This document shows, in pieces, positions 9,753 to 18,299 of a DNA stretch of 41,634 nt. Source of the stretch: a virus (lineage: Duplodnaviria > Caudoviricetes); the IMG/VR virus record IMGVR_UViG_3300005805_000167, positions 1 to 41,634 of that record. One strand, given 5' to 3'. Each line of letters begins with the position of its first letter. Position 1 is the first letter of the stretch. A program made the translations under genes and the position numbers. Under the pieces are notes generated by a model that made no database searches, had not been told where the DNA came from, and was given only the letters and a program-made list of their open reading frames with translations.

Positions 9753-9784
9753 TTTGACAACCCCCATTTCTATCGTATATTTAT
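9753..9784 (+). promoter_or_regulatory. Composite promoter of the DNA polymerase gene
   Basis: TTTGACA (9753-9759), then TATATTTA (9776-9783) 19 nt after TTTG, overlapping TATTTAT (9778-9784). Confidence 0.55.
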
Positions 9785-9791
9785 CGGTGAA

Positions 9792-9837
9792 TGAGTAAGA
9801 CAAACTCCACATTGTGTGGAAGAAAATGTGTCACTCG
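9792..9837 (+). promoter_or_regulatory. Structured 5' leader of the polymerase mRNA
   Basis: Outer stem GAGT-aa-GACA / TGTC-ACTC encloses hairpin TCCACA-ttg-TGTGGA; the structure ends 14 nt before ATG 9852. Confidence 0.5.
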
Positions 9838-9851
9838 GTAAAACTGATAGT

Positions 9852-12653
9852 ATGACTACACCTGAAGAAATTAGTGCCTTCTTGGAAGGTAATGACCCCG
9901 AAGAGTTTATCGTGGCTGTAGAGTTTGACTACGCGTCGGACTCAATTTATAAAATCAAAGAAATACCCGGTAAGGGAAAAGAGATTCGAAAAGATACCTT
10001 CATCCCATTCTGTTGGGTTGGAGACCTAAGAGGTTTGAACTTCTACGGAAACTCCAAGTCAACACAGAAAGAGGCGATGACCAAACACGGTATCGTTATC
10101 ACCAAGTTAGATACAAAAGGTGATGAACGTATGGAAAAGGGTCTCACCTACATGGTTAAATCTTTGAAAGGTTATCGTCATCTTATTCAGTTTTTCCGTG
10201 ATGGTGGAGCAGATCCATGGGGAGATAAGTATCGTGAAAAAATCCTTATTCTCCCCCCTGTTGAGCAATACTTCATCTCAAAAGAGAAACGACTATTCAA
10301 GGGATACGAGGATTATGATGAGGTAACTCGTTTGGTATATGACTTGGAGACAACTTCACTCGAACCAAAGGACGGTCGTATCTTCATGATCGGTATTCGT
10401 ACTAATAAGGGTTACAATAAGATTATTGAGTGTATCAATGAAGAAGATGAAAAGAAAGGTATTATAGAGTTTTTTGATATTATCAATAAACTAAAACCAA
10501 GTATCATCGGTGGGTACAACTCAGCAAACTTTGACTGGTATTGGATTTTCGAACGTTGTCGTATCTTGGGGATTGACATCAGAAAGATTGTTAAGTCACT
10601 CCACCCTGAACATTCTATCTCTCAAAAGAAAAACCTTTTGAAACTCGCGAATGAGGTTGAGGACTTTATGCAGACTTCTATTTGGGGGTATAACGTTATT
10701 GATATAATCCACGCAGTTAGACGAGCACAGGCAATCAACTCATCCATCAAGTCTGCGGGTCTTAAGTACATCTCAGAGTTTATCAATGCCAAAGAACCTG
10801 ACCGGATTTATATCAACCACGATAGTATCGGTAAGATGTATACCGAAAAAGAAGAATATTGGCTCAATATCAAAAACGGTGAATACCGTAAGAAGGGATC
10901 GTTTGAAGGTTTAGATACAAAGTTTCCCGACACTTATGTATTAACCGATGGTGCTGACATTGTCGAAAGATACCTTCAAGATGACTTAGAGGAGACCCTA
11001 AAAGTTGATAAGGAGTTCAACCAAGGATCATTCCTTCTTGCTGCAATGATCCCCACCACATACGAAAGGGTATCTACGATGGGAACTGCAACTCTGTGGA
11101 AGATGCTTATGCTTGCGTGGAGTTACAAACACAACCTCGCAATCCCATCAAAACAAAGTAAGACAGACTTCGTAGGAGGTCTCTCACGACTCTTAAAGGT
11201 CGGATACTCAAAGGATGTCCTAAAACTTGACTTCTCGTCTCTATACCCCTCTATTCAGCTCGTACACGATGTATTCCCCGCTTGTGACGTAACAGGTGCG
11301 ATGAAAGGTATGCTTAAGTACTTTCGTGATACTCGTATCAAATACAAAGAACTTGCTGAGGAATTTTACGAAACCGACCGAAAAAAATCTGAATCATACG
11401 GAAACAAACAACTCCCTATCAAAATCTTTATTAACTCTATGTTCGGTGCACTCTCTGCTCCACAGGTATTTGCATGGGGAGACATGTATATGGGTGAACA
11501 AATCACCTGTACTGGTCGTCAATATCTTCGTCAAATGATTAAGTTCTTTATGGCTCGTGGTTATACCCCCCTTGTAATGGATACGGACGGTGTGAACTTT
11601 TCTCTACCTGAGGGTGCAAAGTCTCGCAGTTATGTCGGTCGTGGATTGAATTGGAAGGTTAAACTTGGTAAAGTCTATGAAGGTCCTGAAGCGGATGTTG
11701 CAGAATACAATGACATCTTTATGAGGGGAGAAATGGCTTTGGATACCGATGGTGTATGGCCATCGTGTATTAACCTTGCTCGTAAGAACTATGCGGTTAT
11801 GGATTACAAGGGTAAAATCAAACTTACGGGTAACTCTATTAAGTCAAAGAAACTACCGGGTTACATCGAGAAGTTTTTGGACAAGGGTATAAAGATGTTA
11901 CTTGAGGGTAAGGGTAAGGAGTTTGTTGAACACTACTACGAATACTTGGAGAAAATTTACAACCAACAAATCCCACTTGCTCAGATTGCTCAAAAGGCTA
12001 AGATTAAACAAACACTACAGGATTATAAAGTTCGTTGTACACAGACCACTAAAGCGGGTTCTCTGATGTCCCGACAAGCTCACATGGAACTCGCCATACA
12101 TCACAAGATGAACGTAAACTTGGGGGATTTGATTATGTATGTAAATAACGGTGAAAAGGCATCTCATGGTGATGTTCAAAAAATACCCGCCAAGAAATAC
12201 AGTCAACTTCAAAAAGAAAGACACTTTAAGAAGACCGGTGAGGTTTTAATGGATACTGAGTCAAGAATTCAACTTAATTGTTATATCTTGGATCCTGCAG
12301 ATCTTGAAAATAACCCTGAGATGACGGGTGACTACAATGTTGCAAGAGCGGTCACCACATTTAACAAAAGGATCGAACCTCTATTGGTGTGTTTTAAAGA
12401 TGAAATCAGAAATGGGTTACTAGTCAATAACCCTGATGATCGAGGTATTTTTACAACCACCCAATGTGAGTTGATCAACGGGTATCCAATGGGTCTTGGA
12501 GATCAAGATGAATTGGATGAGGTAATGACTTTGTCTGATGGTGAGGTAAAATATTGGGAAAAACGGGATCTCTCAGAAAATTATATGTATGATTTGGCCG
12601 AACAAGGTTGGGAGCGGTATATTTACCAATATGAAACTGAAACATATAGTTGA
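9852..12653 (+). CDS. polB: Family B DNA polymerase with 3'-5' exonuclease
   Basis: Exo motifs YDLETT, GYNSANFD and YLQDD; polymerase motifs LDFSSLYPS, KIFINSMFG, MDTDG and RKNYA. ATG 9852 is preferred over GTG 9816, which lies inside the leader hairpin. Confidence 0.96.
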   Translation: MTTPEEISAFLEGNDPEEFIVAVEFDYASDSIYKIKEIPGKGKEIRKDTFIPFCWVGDLRGLNFYGNSKSTQKEAMTKHGIVITKLDTKGDERMEKGLTYMVKSLKGYRHLIQFFRDGGADPWGDKYREKILILPPVEQYFISKEKRLFKGYEDYDEVTRLVYDLETTSLEPKDGRIFMIGIRTNKGYNKIIECINEEDEKKGIIEFFDIINKLKPSIIGGYNSANFDWYWIFERCRILGIDIRKIVKSLHPEHSISQKKNLLKLANEVEDFMQTSIWGYNVIDIIHAVRRAQAINSSIKSAGLKYISEFINAKEPDRIYINHDSIGKMYTEKEEYWLNIKNGEYRKKGSFEGLDTKFPDTYVLTDGADIVERYLQDDLEETLKVDKEFNQGSFLLAAMIPTTYERVSTMGTATLWKMLMLAWSYKHNLAIPSKQSKTDFVGGLSRLLKVGYSKDVLKLDFSSLYPSIQLVHDVFPACDVTGAMKGMLKYFRDTRIKYKELAEEFYETDRKKSESYGNKQLPIKIFINSMFGALSAPQVFAWGDMYMGEQITCTGRQYLRQMIKFFMARGYTPLVMDTDGVNFSLPEGAKSRSYVGRGLNWKVKLGKVYEGPEADVAEYNDIFMRGEMALDTDGVWPSCINLARKNYAVMDYKGKIKLTGNSIKSKKLPGYIEKFLDKGIKMLLEGKGKEFVEHYYEYLEKIYNQQIPLAQIAQKAKIKQTLQDYKVRCTQTTKAGSLMSRQAHMELAIHHKMNVNLGDLIMYVNNGEKASHGDVQKIPAKKYSQLQKERHFKKTGEVLMDTESRIQLNCYILDPADLENNPEMTGDYNVARAVTTFNKRIEPLLVCFKDEIRNGLLVNNPDDRGIFTTTQCELINGYPMGLGDQDELDEVMTLSDGEVKYWEKRDLSENYMYDLAEQGWERYIYQYETETYS

Positions 12654-12918
12654 TCTAAAGGTCAATAACCCCGATGCCGATTTTTGGTTGATTCGTAAAG
12701 GGAGTGCAAATAAGGTTGGTAGACCTACTCGTGAGTTTTTACCCGAACATATTGGGGTGACAATTAAACGTCATGATTTGGTTATTCCTGATTACTTGTT
12801 CTATGTGTTCGAACATTTGTCGAATCAGGGGGTGTTTGTTTCTATGGCACGAGGTACCACAAACTTACAGAGTATCAGTGTTAAAGATTTGAAGAATATT
12901 CCCCTTACGAGTTCTTAA
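12631..12918 (+). CDS. Small protein resembling part of a type I R-M HsdS target-recognition domain
   Basis: ATG 12631 has TATTTAC 4 nt upstream. C-terminal PDYLFYVF...ARGTTNLQSISVKDLKNIP resembles the TRD C-terminal pattern. Overlaps the polymerase 3' end by 23 nt. Confidence 0.5.
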   Translation: MKLKHIVDLKVNNPDADFWLIRKGSANKVGRPTREFLPEHIGVTIKRHDLVIPDYLFYVFEHLSNQGVFVSMARGTTNLQSISVKDLKNIPLTSS

Positions 12919-13240
12919 GACCATCCGAGGAGATAATATACCAAGTTCCTGCACAGAACCTAAGTTCCACACAGGCACCTTTGTCTATCAACATTTCATC
13001 GTATTCTTCATCGATATAACCATAGTCGGGTACGATAAGGACTTTTGTCATCGCTTTGATGACCGTATGATCTGTAGATAGGTGATCTAATCTTACTTTG
13101 GCATAATCAACTCCTCGTATAACGATACAAGCTTCTCCGTGTGTTTCATAAAATGGTTCAGACACGACCGCAATTTCGGAAGTGTTTATTATTTTACCAT
13201 TAATGACTCTTTGTGCTGGTGTATTTTTTATAACTGCCAT
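12905..13240 (-). CDS. Hypothetical beta-rich protein, probably virion-associated
   Basis: 111 aa, 3 nt downstream of the neck gene. ID....L......VEL....GTWYII resembles phage fibre-associated domains. Confidence 0.65.
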   Translation of the reverse strand: MAVIKNTPAQRVINGKIINTSEIAVVSEPFYETHGEACIVIRGVDYAKVRLDHLSTDHTVIKAMTKVLIVPDYGYIDEEYDEMLIDKGACVELRFCAGTWYIISSDGLKNS

Positions 13241-13243
13241 ATA

Positions 13244-14362
13244 TTAGATTACATAGATCTGTCTTGGCATTGCCCTAAACTTCATTTGTTTGTTTAAGTT
13301 TTCGGCAATTTCTGCTTCCTTCTTCATTTGATTTTCAGGACGCAATCTCTCAAGACGTAGTTTTAGTTCTTCTTCGAGTTTAGATTTTTCATCTTTTGAT
13401 TCTGTGAGTAAGGATTGATAGTCCATCACAATTTCACTGTCAGGGGTTTTAAGATTACCACTGTATTTTCCTCGAACTCTCGCAAGGGTTTCTTTTACAT
13501 AGGCAACAAACCACCTTCTAACCCACTGTTTTGCAGGTGAATTCAAATCTTCCCAAGAAAGTTCCTCTAACGGAACATCAGAGGGTAGTTTAATAATGTC
13601 GGGGTTGTCTTTTAAACATTGTTCTCTACTATCACCATCCACATCATAGTACCAATACCAAACCGCCTTTCCCGTGTATTGAGAATAGTTACTCCAAGAG
13701 AAGTTACTACCAGGTGCGTTGTAAAGGGTAATCATTTTTTTTCCATCAGGTAACCCTGTGATTTTGTAAGTTAGTTCACTACCAAGTATTCTATTTAAGA
13801 TATTCGCCTCTTGGGCTCTAACTAAGTAGTCAAAACCACTCATCATAAAATATGAACCAGCATTTCCCATTTGAGCATAACCCGCTTGGTTAGCCCCTAA
13901 CCCAAGTCCTCCAAATCCATAGTCAGTTGTACCCCAAAGGGCTAAGTTTTGAAATGGTCTGTTCGAGAACCATAAAAGTTCATTTACTTCTCTACCCGCT
14001 GGAATTTCATAAGACTGAGTGTTTGCACTCAAAATAAAGTAATCTTTTTTAATAACCCAAGGACCAACAGTTTGTAGTCCAACTATTTTAGAATATGCAT
14101 ACGCAAACTGGTCTTCAAAATTGAGTGTTCTTGTGGTCAATGCACGCGCAACAGATTGTTCTTTCATGTTTAGGTTAACCAAGTTAACCCACTGAGACTC
14201 TATGAGCCAATCTAATGTATATTGTTCGTAATCTTGAATTGAAAACTCCATTAATGAGTCCATCATCTCATCTTCAATTTCAACACTTCTTAGAGGTGCA
14301 CCAAGTTGATGCTTAACTCTTGTGTAAAGTTTGCTTCTTTCGGGTTCTGGTATAACTGACAT
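13244..14362 (-). CDS. Neck protein / head-tail adaptor (T4 gp13-like)
   Basis: N-terminal LGAPLRSVEIEDE and C-terminal WVRRWFVAYVKETLARVRGKYSG. Confidence 0.8.
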   Translation of the reverse strand: MSVIPEPERSKLYTRVKHQLGAPLRSVEIEDEMMDSLMEFSIQDYEQYTLDWLIESQWVNLVNLNMKEQSVARALTTRTLNFEDQFAYAYSKIVGLQTVGPWVIKKDYFILSANTQSYEIPAGREVNELLWFSNRPFQNLALWGTTDYGFGGLGLGANQAGYAQMGNAGSYFMMSGFDYLVRAQEANILNRILGSELTYKITGLPDGKKMITLYNAPGSNFSWSNYSQYTGKAVWYWYYDVDGDSREQCLKDNPDIIKLPSDVPLEELSWEDLNSPAKQWVRRWFVAYVKETLARVRGKYSGNLKTPDSEIVMDYQSLLTESKDEKSKLEEELKLRLERLRPENQMKKEAEIAENLNKQMKFRAMPRQIYVI

Positions 14363-14366
14363 AACT

Positions 14367-14373
14367 ATAAATA
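14367..14373 (-). promoter_or_regulatory. TATTTAT motif (putative late promoter)
   Basis: ATAAATA on the + strand, 4 nt upstream of the neck gene ATG. Confidence 0.55.
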
Positions 14374-14377
14374 GTCA

Positions 14378-15904
14378 TTAGCCACCAAAATCGTAAAGTA
14401 GGTCTTCTTTGTCAAATACGTATTGTCCAAGGACTATATTTGGATTGTTTTTGAAAATTATTACATGTTTTCCTCTAATAAAAACCATCCAATCCACATT
14501 ATATTTTTCTACTTCACCTGTTTTAGTAACGGTAAGTTTATTACCTTCAGGGACCAATTGATCAAAACCTTTAACCTGTGCGGTGTGTTTTTTTGAATCC
14601 ATAAAAATTTCCATATCAATTTTTTGGAAAGCATCTTTTTCTTTACCGGCACCCGCTGTAGTATCAACTTTAGCATTTGGTAGGTTGTTTTCAATAACCA
14701 TTTTTGCTGAGGTCTCCCTTTTAGTCCCTATGGAATCTTTTTCTTTAAGGGTGTTCATGATATTTTTAAATGTTGCACTATCCGAGTTGAAGATTCTTTC
14801 TCTGAACGACTCAATATAGTTACACATTCTTTTCACTTCTTTGACTTGTTCTGCCGGTGTCTTGTCTGTAAAATCTAACAATGGTTCACCCAAGTTTGTC
14901 ACAACTTTGTTCAAATCACGAACCATGAGACAAAAAACCGAATAGTTGGTATTCATATAGTTGATCACAGATCTTCCTGGTTTTTCTAAGTTGTAGATAC
15001 CCGGTATTTCACCACCTTCAGTTTTAGTGTGGTATTTGTCGGGAAATGTTTTTTTCAGAACATCATTGATGGTGTTCTTATAAATGTTTCTTGCTTGTTT
15101 GTTTACGTTGAATAGCATTCGGTAAATTTCGGTTTCAACTCTTGAGCAAGACTCGGACTTTGATTCTTTTAAAAGTTTTCCGAGGGCTACGGATTCTGAA
15201 AGAGATGTTTCTGTTTTCATTGTGTACATAGTTTCTACGAAGGGCCAATTTACGGCAATCCAGAAGTTTTTGATGTATTCGTCTCTTTTATTTTTATATT
15301 TTAAATAATAGGCATGTTCCCATAGGTCTAATCCAAGTAAAGGATATCCCCCACCTTCAATAATATTCATTAGTGGATTGTCTTGGTTGGGTGTTGACAT
15401 AACCTTCAGAGTTCCTTTGTTTGTAAGGACTAACCAAACCCAACCCGAACCGAAACGTTGTTTAGCAACATCCTCAAACTCTTTTTTAAATTTCATAAAA
15501 GATCCGAAGTCTTTTTTGATTTTCTTCATTATCTCGGGTCCTACTTCAGTAGGTTGAGGAGATAACATGTTCCAAAATAGTGCGTGGTTGAATGCTCCAC
15601 CAGCGTTATCTCGTATCCCTTTGGGATATCTTGATATATTTCTAACAATCTTCTCAAGATCTTTATCTCCCTTTCTTTTCGAAAGAAGGGTGTTTAGTTT
15701 GTCGACATAACCCTTGTAGTGTTTGTTGTAGTGAACGTTCATTGTCTCGGGATCAATAAAACGTTTCAGGGCTGAGTAGGAGTAAGGGAGTTTTTCGATC
15801 CCTATTTTTTTCATTTCTGTAACCAAAACTTTTAACTCCTGTTTTGTTTGTTCTTGTAGAATCTGTTTTTCAACCCGTTCTACCGATTCTTGTAAATGTT
15901 GCAT
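14378..15904 (-). CDS. sod: Mn/Fe superoxide dismutase fused to a C-terminal PD-(D/E)xK-like domain
   Basis: SOD motifs LPYSYSAL, HYNKH, NAGGAFNHALFW, FGSGWVWL, NQDNP and DLWEHAYY (all four metal ligands; GG plus NQD suggests Mn or cambialistic type). About 280 extra aa include G..RE...D...IDM...AQVK. Confidence 0.9.
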   Translation of the reverse strand: MQHLQESVERVEKQILQEQTKQELKVLVTEMKKIGIEKLPYSYSALKRFIDPETMNVHYNKHYKGYVDKLNTLLSKRKGDKDLEKIVRNISRYPKGIRDNAGGAFNHALFWNMLSPQPTEVGPEIMKKIKKDFGSFMKFKKEFEDVAKQRFGSGWVWLVLTNKGTLKVMSTPNQDNPLMNIIEGGGYPLLGLDLWEHAYYLKYKNKRDEYIKNFWIAVNWPFVETMYTMKTETSLSESVALGKLLKESKSESCSRVETEIYRMLFNVNKQARNIYKNTINDVLKKTFPDKYHTKTEGGEIPGIYNLEKPGRSVINYMNTNYSVFCLMVRDLNKVVTNLGEPLLDFTDKTPAEQVKEVKRMCNYIESFRERIFNSDSATFKNIMNTLKEKDSIGTKRETSAKMVIENNLPNAKVDTTAGAGKEKDAFQKIDMEIFMDSKKHTAQVKGFDQLVPEGNKLTVTKTGEVEKYNVDWMVFIRGKHVIIFKNNPNIVLGQYVFDKEDLLYDFGG

Positions 15905-15920
15905 ATTAAGGTATTTCTTT

Positions 15921-15927
15921 ATAAATA
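15921..15927 (-). promoter_or_regulatory. TATTTAT motif (putative late promoter)
   Basis: 16 nt upstream of the SOD-fusion ATG. Confidence 0.55.
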
Positions 15928-15943
15928 ATAGAAACCCTTGTTA

Positions 15944-17698
15944 TTATCTTCTTTCGGCAATACTTCTTAAAATTTCTTCCACCACATTTGTTTCATCTTG
16001 GGTGTCACCCATCACAGTTGCGATGATTCTTTTCTTGTTATTGAGTATGTCGTAGATAATTCCTTCTATCGTGTTGTCAAAAATGGGGTAGTAAACTAAC
16101 ACATTATTTTTTTGTCCATAACGATATGCTCTATCTTCAGATTGTGAGTGGTCTGAAGGTAGGAAAGAAAGATCATTCATAATAACGGCTTCTGCTGCTG
16201 TGAGAGTAATACCCACACCAGCGGCTTTTATGTTTCCCACAAAAACTTTAATATTTTCGTCATCTTGAAAACGATCAACAGAATCTTGTCGTTGGGTCTT
16301 TGACATTGACCCATCAAGTCTTACCGCTTGTTTTCCAAAATGTTCATAAATGGTTTGTAAAGATTTTGTGAAGTTACAGAAAATAATAACCTTTTTTCCT
16401 TGCTCTATAATATTTTCTGCAAGTTCAATAGTATGTTGAGTTTTTTCATCGGCAATAACTTGCCTAACTTGTGACAACTTCGTAAATTGAATCGAAAGGT
16501 TTTTACTTTCATCGGGGTGTTTATCGTACCAGTTGTAGTATTCTCCCATGAGTTCTTCATAAATCTTTGATCGAAGTCTCAAATAAACTGGTGTGATAAT
16601 TTTTTCGGGTAGATCTAAAACATCTTCCTTAAGTCTTCTTAGAACTGTGGATGTTGTACGATCTCGTAATTCTTCCAAGTTGGATGCCCCCATAACATTC
16701 CATACTTTGCGAGCTCCAACTTTGAACTGATACCCCGAACAATATCGGACAACATATGCCATCCAGTTTTTGGCAACAGGTGAATCAACCAAAGATAGGA
16801 GATTGAAATAGTTAATCGGACGAGATGTCATCGGTGTTCCTGTTAACAACCACAAGCGATCCACATCTTTAACCAAATCATTAATGAGCTTTGTTCTCTG
16901 TGCCTGTACGTTTTGTATGTAGTGAGCCTCATCAATGATTACTAAATCAAATTTAGTTTTTGAAATGATTGAGTTTTTTTTGTCTTTTGAATCATGAAAG
17001 TTTTTTATGATATCATAGTTCATAATGACAATGTCGGCATCTTCAGAATAGTGCTTACCTTCACACACATAACTTGACTTATCACTATAGAGTTGAAACT
17101 CTCTTTGCCAATTGATTTTCAAAGATGCTGGACAAATAATCAAGATTTTTTTGGCACCTGTTTCTAATGATGCAATGATCGTGGATGTAGTTTTTCCCAA
17201 TCCCATGTCATCCGCCAAAATATACTTTTTGTTTTTCAAAAGAGATTCAATAGCAATTTTCTGATGTTCCAAAGGTGGACGATGAGAATATTTCGAATAG
17301 TCAATGTCTTTTATTTCGACTTTATTGTCCTTGATCAGTGATGCTTTTGGAACCCAAATATCCGATAGTGAATCATTCTCAAAAAATTTACCCCAAACAT
17401 GATATGACTTATCTTTCTCCGCTAAGAGTTTTTCAATCCACATTCTTTCAGGGATCTCAATAAGAAATTTATCGTTTGCCATTTTGTTCGAGAAGTAAGA
17501 ATCCAAAACAACCCACTTCTTGGCAACCTTTGGTTGTTTGTCGTGATTATTAATGATGTATTCCGATTGTGCCCGAGTAGGGTAAAACTTTTTGTTTACC
17601 TGTAACTTAATCTTGAGATTTAGGATATAGTTGTTCGCTCCTTGATAATTTTCAAGAATAGATATTGCTTTGGATTCTATGGTTAGAGTACCACTCAT
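15944..17698 (-). CDS. SNF2-family ATPase/helicase (SMARCAL1-like)
   Basis: LADDMGLGKT, ICPASLK.NW, DEAH, LTGTP, RRLK.DVL.LP.K, GVGITLT and QSEDRAYRYGQ. Confidence 0.93.
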   Translation of the reverse strand: MSGTLTIESKAISILENYQGANNYILNLKIKLQVNKKFYPTRAQSEYIINNHDKQPKVAKKWVVLDSYFSNKMANDKFLIEIPERMWIEKLLAEKDKSYHVWGKFFENDSLSDIWVPKASLIKDNKVEIKDIDYSKYSHRPPLEHQKIAIESLLKNKKYILADDMGLGKTTSTIIASLETGAKKILIICPASLKINWQREFQLYSDKSSYVCEGKHYSEDADIVIMNYDIIKNFHDSKDKKNSIISKTKFDLVIIDEAHYIQNVQAQRTKLINDLVKDVDRLWLLTGTPMTSRPINYFNLLSLVDSPVAKNWMAYVVRYCSGYQFKVGARKVWNVMGASNLEELRDRTTSTVLRRLKEDVLDLPEKIITPVYLRLRSKIYEELMGEYYNWYDKHPDESKNLSIQFTKLSQVRQVIADEKTQHTIELAENIIEQGKKVIIFCNFTKSLQTIYEHFGKQAVRLDGSMSKTQRQDSVDRFQDDENIKVFVGNIKAAGVGITLTAAEAVIMNDLSFLPSDHSQSEDRAYRYGQKNNVLVYYPIFDNTIEGIIYDILNNKKRIIATVMGDTQDETNVVEEILRSIAERR

Positions 17699-17786
17699 TC
17701 AGGTTAATTTAGATGAAAATATCTTAAAATCAAAATCTTCACTATTTTCCCTTTTAAATATAATTATAGATATAGGAATATCAACA

Positions 17787-18299
17787 ATGGAGAAACTAGT
17801 TCCAATCACACGCTTAGGTAAATTTTTCGGAGGTGAAGATTACACCTTAGATGTTAATATGGGTCAGGAATGGCTTGAGGGTGATATGAATTTCACTGTT
17901 ATACTCTACAGAATAGATAGATATAAAACTCTACAGGATGATGTATATGGTGAAGTACCCGAAGGTGGTATTCAGTTTCTTCCACCGATTGAACTCAAAG
18001 GATACGTTCAAATTCTTGCACCCACAAATCAACGTTTGGGTAATAGCCGTATTAGACAAGATGAACCAGGTAATATGAGATTTTCTATCTATCAGTCTTA
18101 TTTGGATCAACTAAATGTTGATATCAACTTTGGTGATTACTTGGGTTATTATGAAACAGAAAGTAAAGTTCGTTACTATTCAGTCTCTGATGATGGTAAG
18201 GTTGTTTCCGACAATAAACATACATACGGGGGGTACAAACCGTTCTATCGTTCAGTATTAGCAACACCTGTAAGTAAAAATGAATTCTTTGGTACATAA
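17787..18299 (+). CDS. Neck / head-closure protein (T4 gp14-like)
   Basis: ATG 17787 (MEKLVPIT) avoids overlap with the divergent helicase. DDVYGE...F.PP.E motif; lies directly before the gp15-like gene. Confidence 0.6.
   Translation: MEKLVPITRLGKFFGGEDYTLDVNMGQEWLEGDMNFTVILYRIDRYKTLQDDVYGEVPEGGIQFLPPIELKGYVQILAPTNQRLGNSRIRQDEPGNMRFSIYQSYLDQLNVDINFGDYLGYYETESKVRYYSVSDDGKVVSDNKHTYGGYKPFYRSVLATPVSKNEFFGT

Noticed and set aside
9816-9851. GTG start for the polymerase
   Set aside because: It lies inside the leader hairpin; ATG 9852 with an A-rich upstream context is more plausible.
12589-12630. Earlier ATG for the HsdS-like ORF
   Set aside because: It gives a longer overlap with polB; ATG 12631 has the TATTTAC motif just upstream.
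9852-12653. Intein or intron in the polymerase
   Set aside because: The ORF is continuous and of ordinary length, with no splice-junction or LAGLIDADG motifs seen.
2670-17698. Giant eukaryotic virus origin (GT60, SOD, SNF2, PolB)
   Set aside because: Sheath, tube and baseplate genes, coupled operons and Rho-independent terminators indicate a bacteriophage.
17670-17786. N-terminal extension of the gp14-like ORF
   Set aside because: It overlaps the start of the divergent helicase and spans AT-rich intergenic-like sequence; ATG 17787 is preferred.
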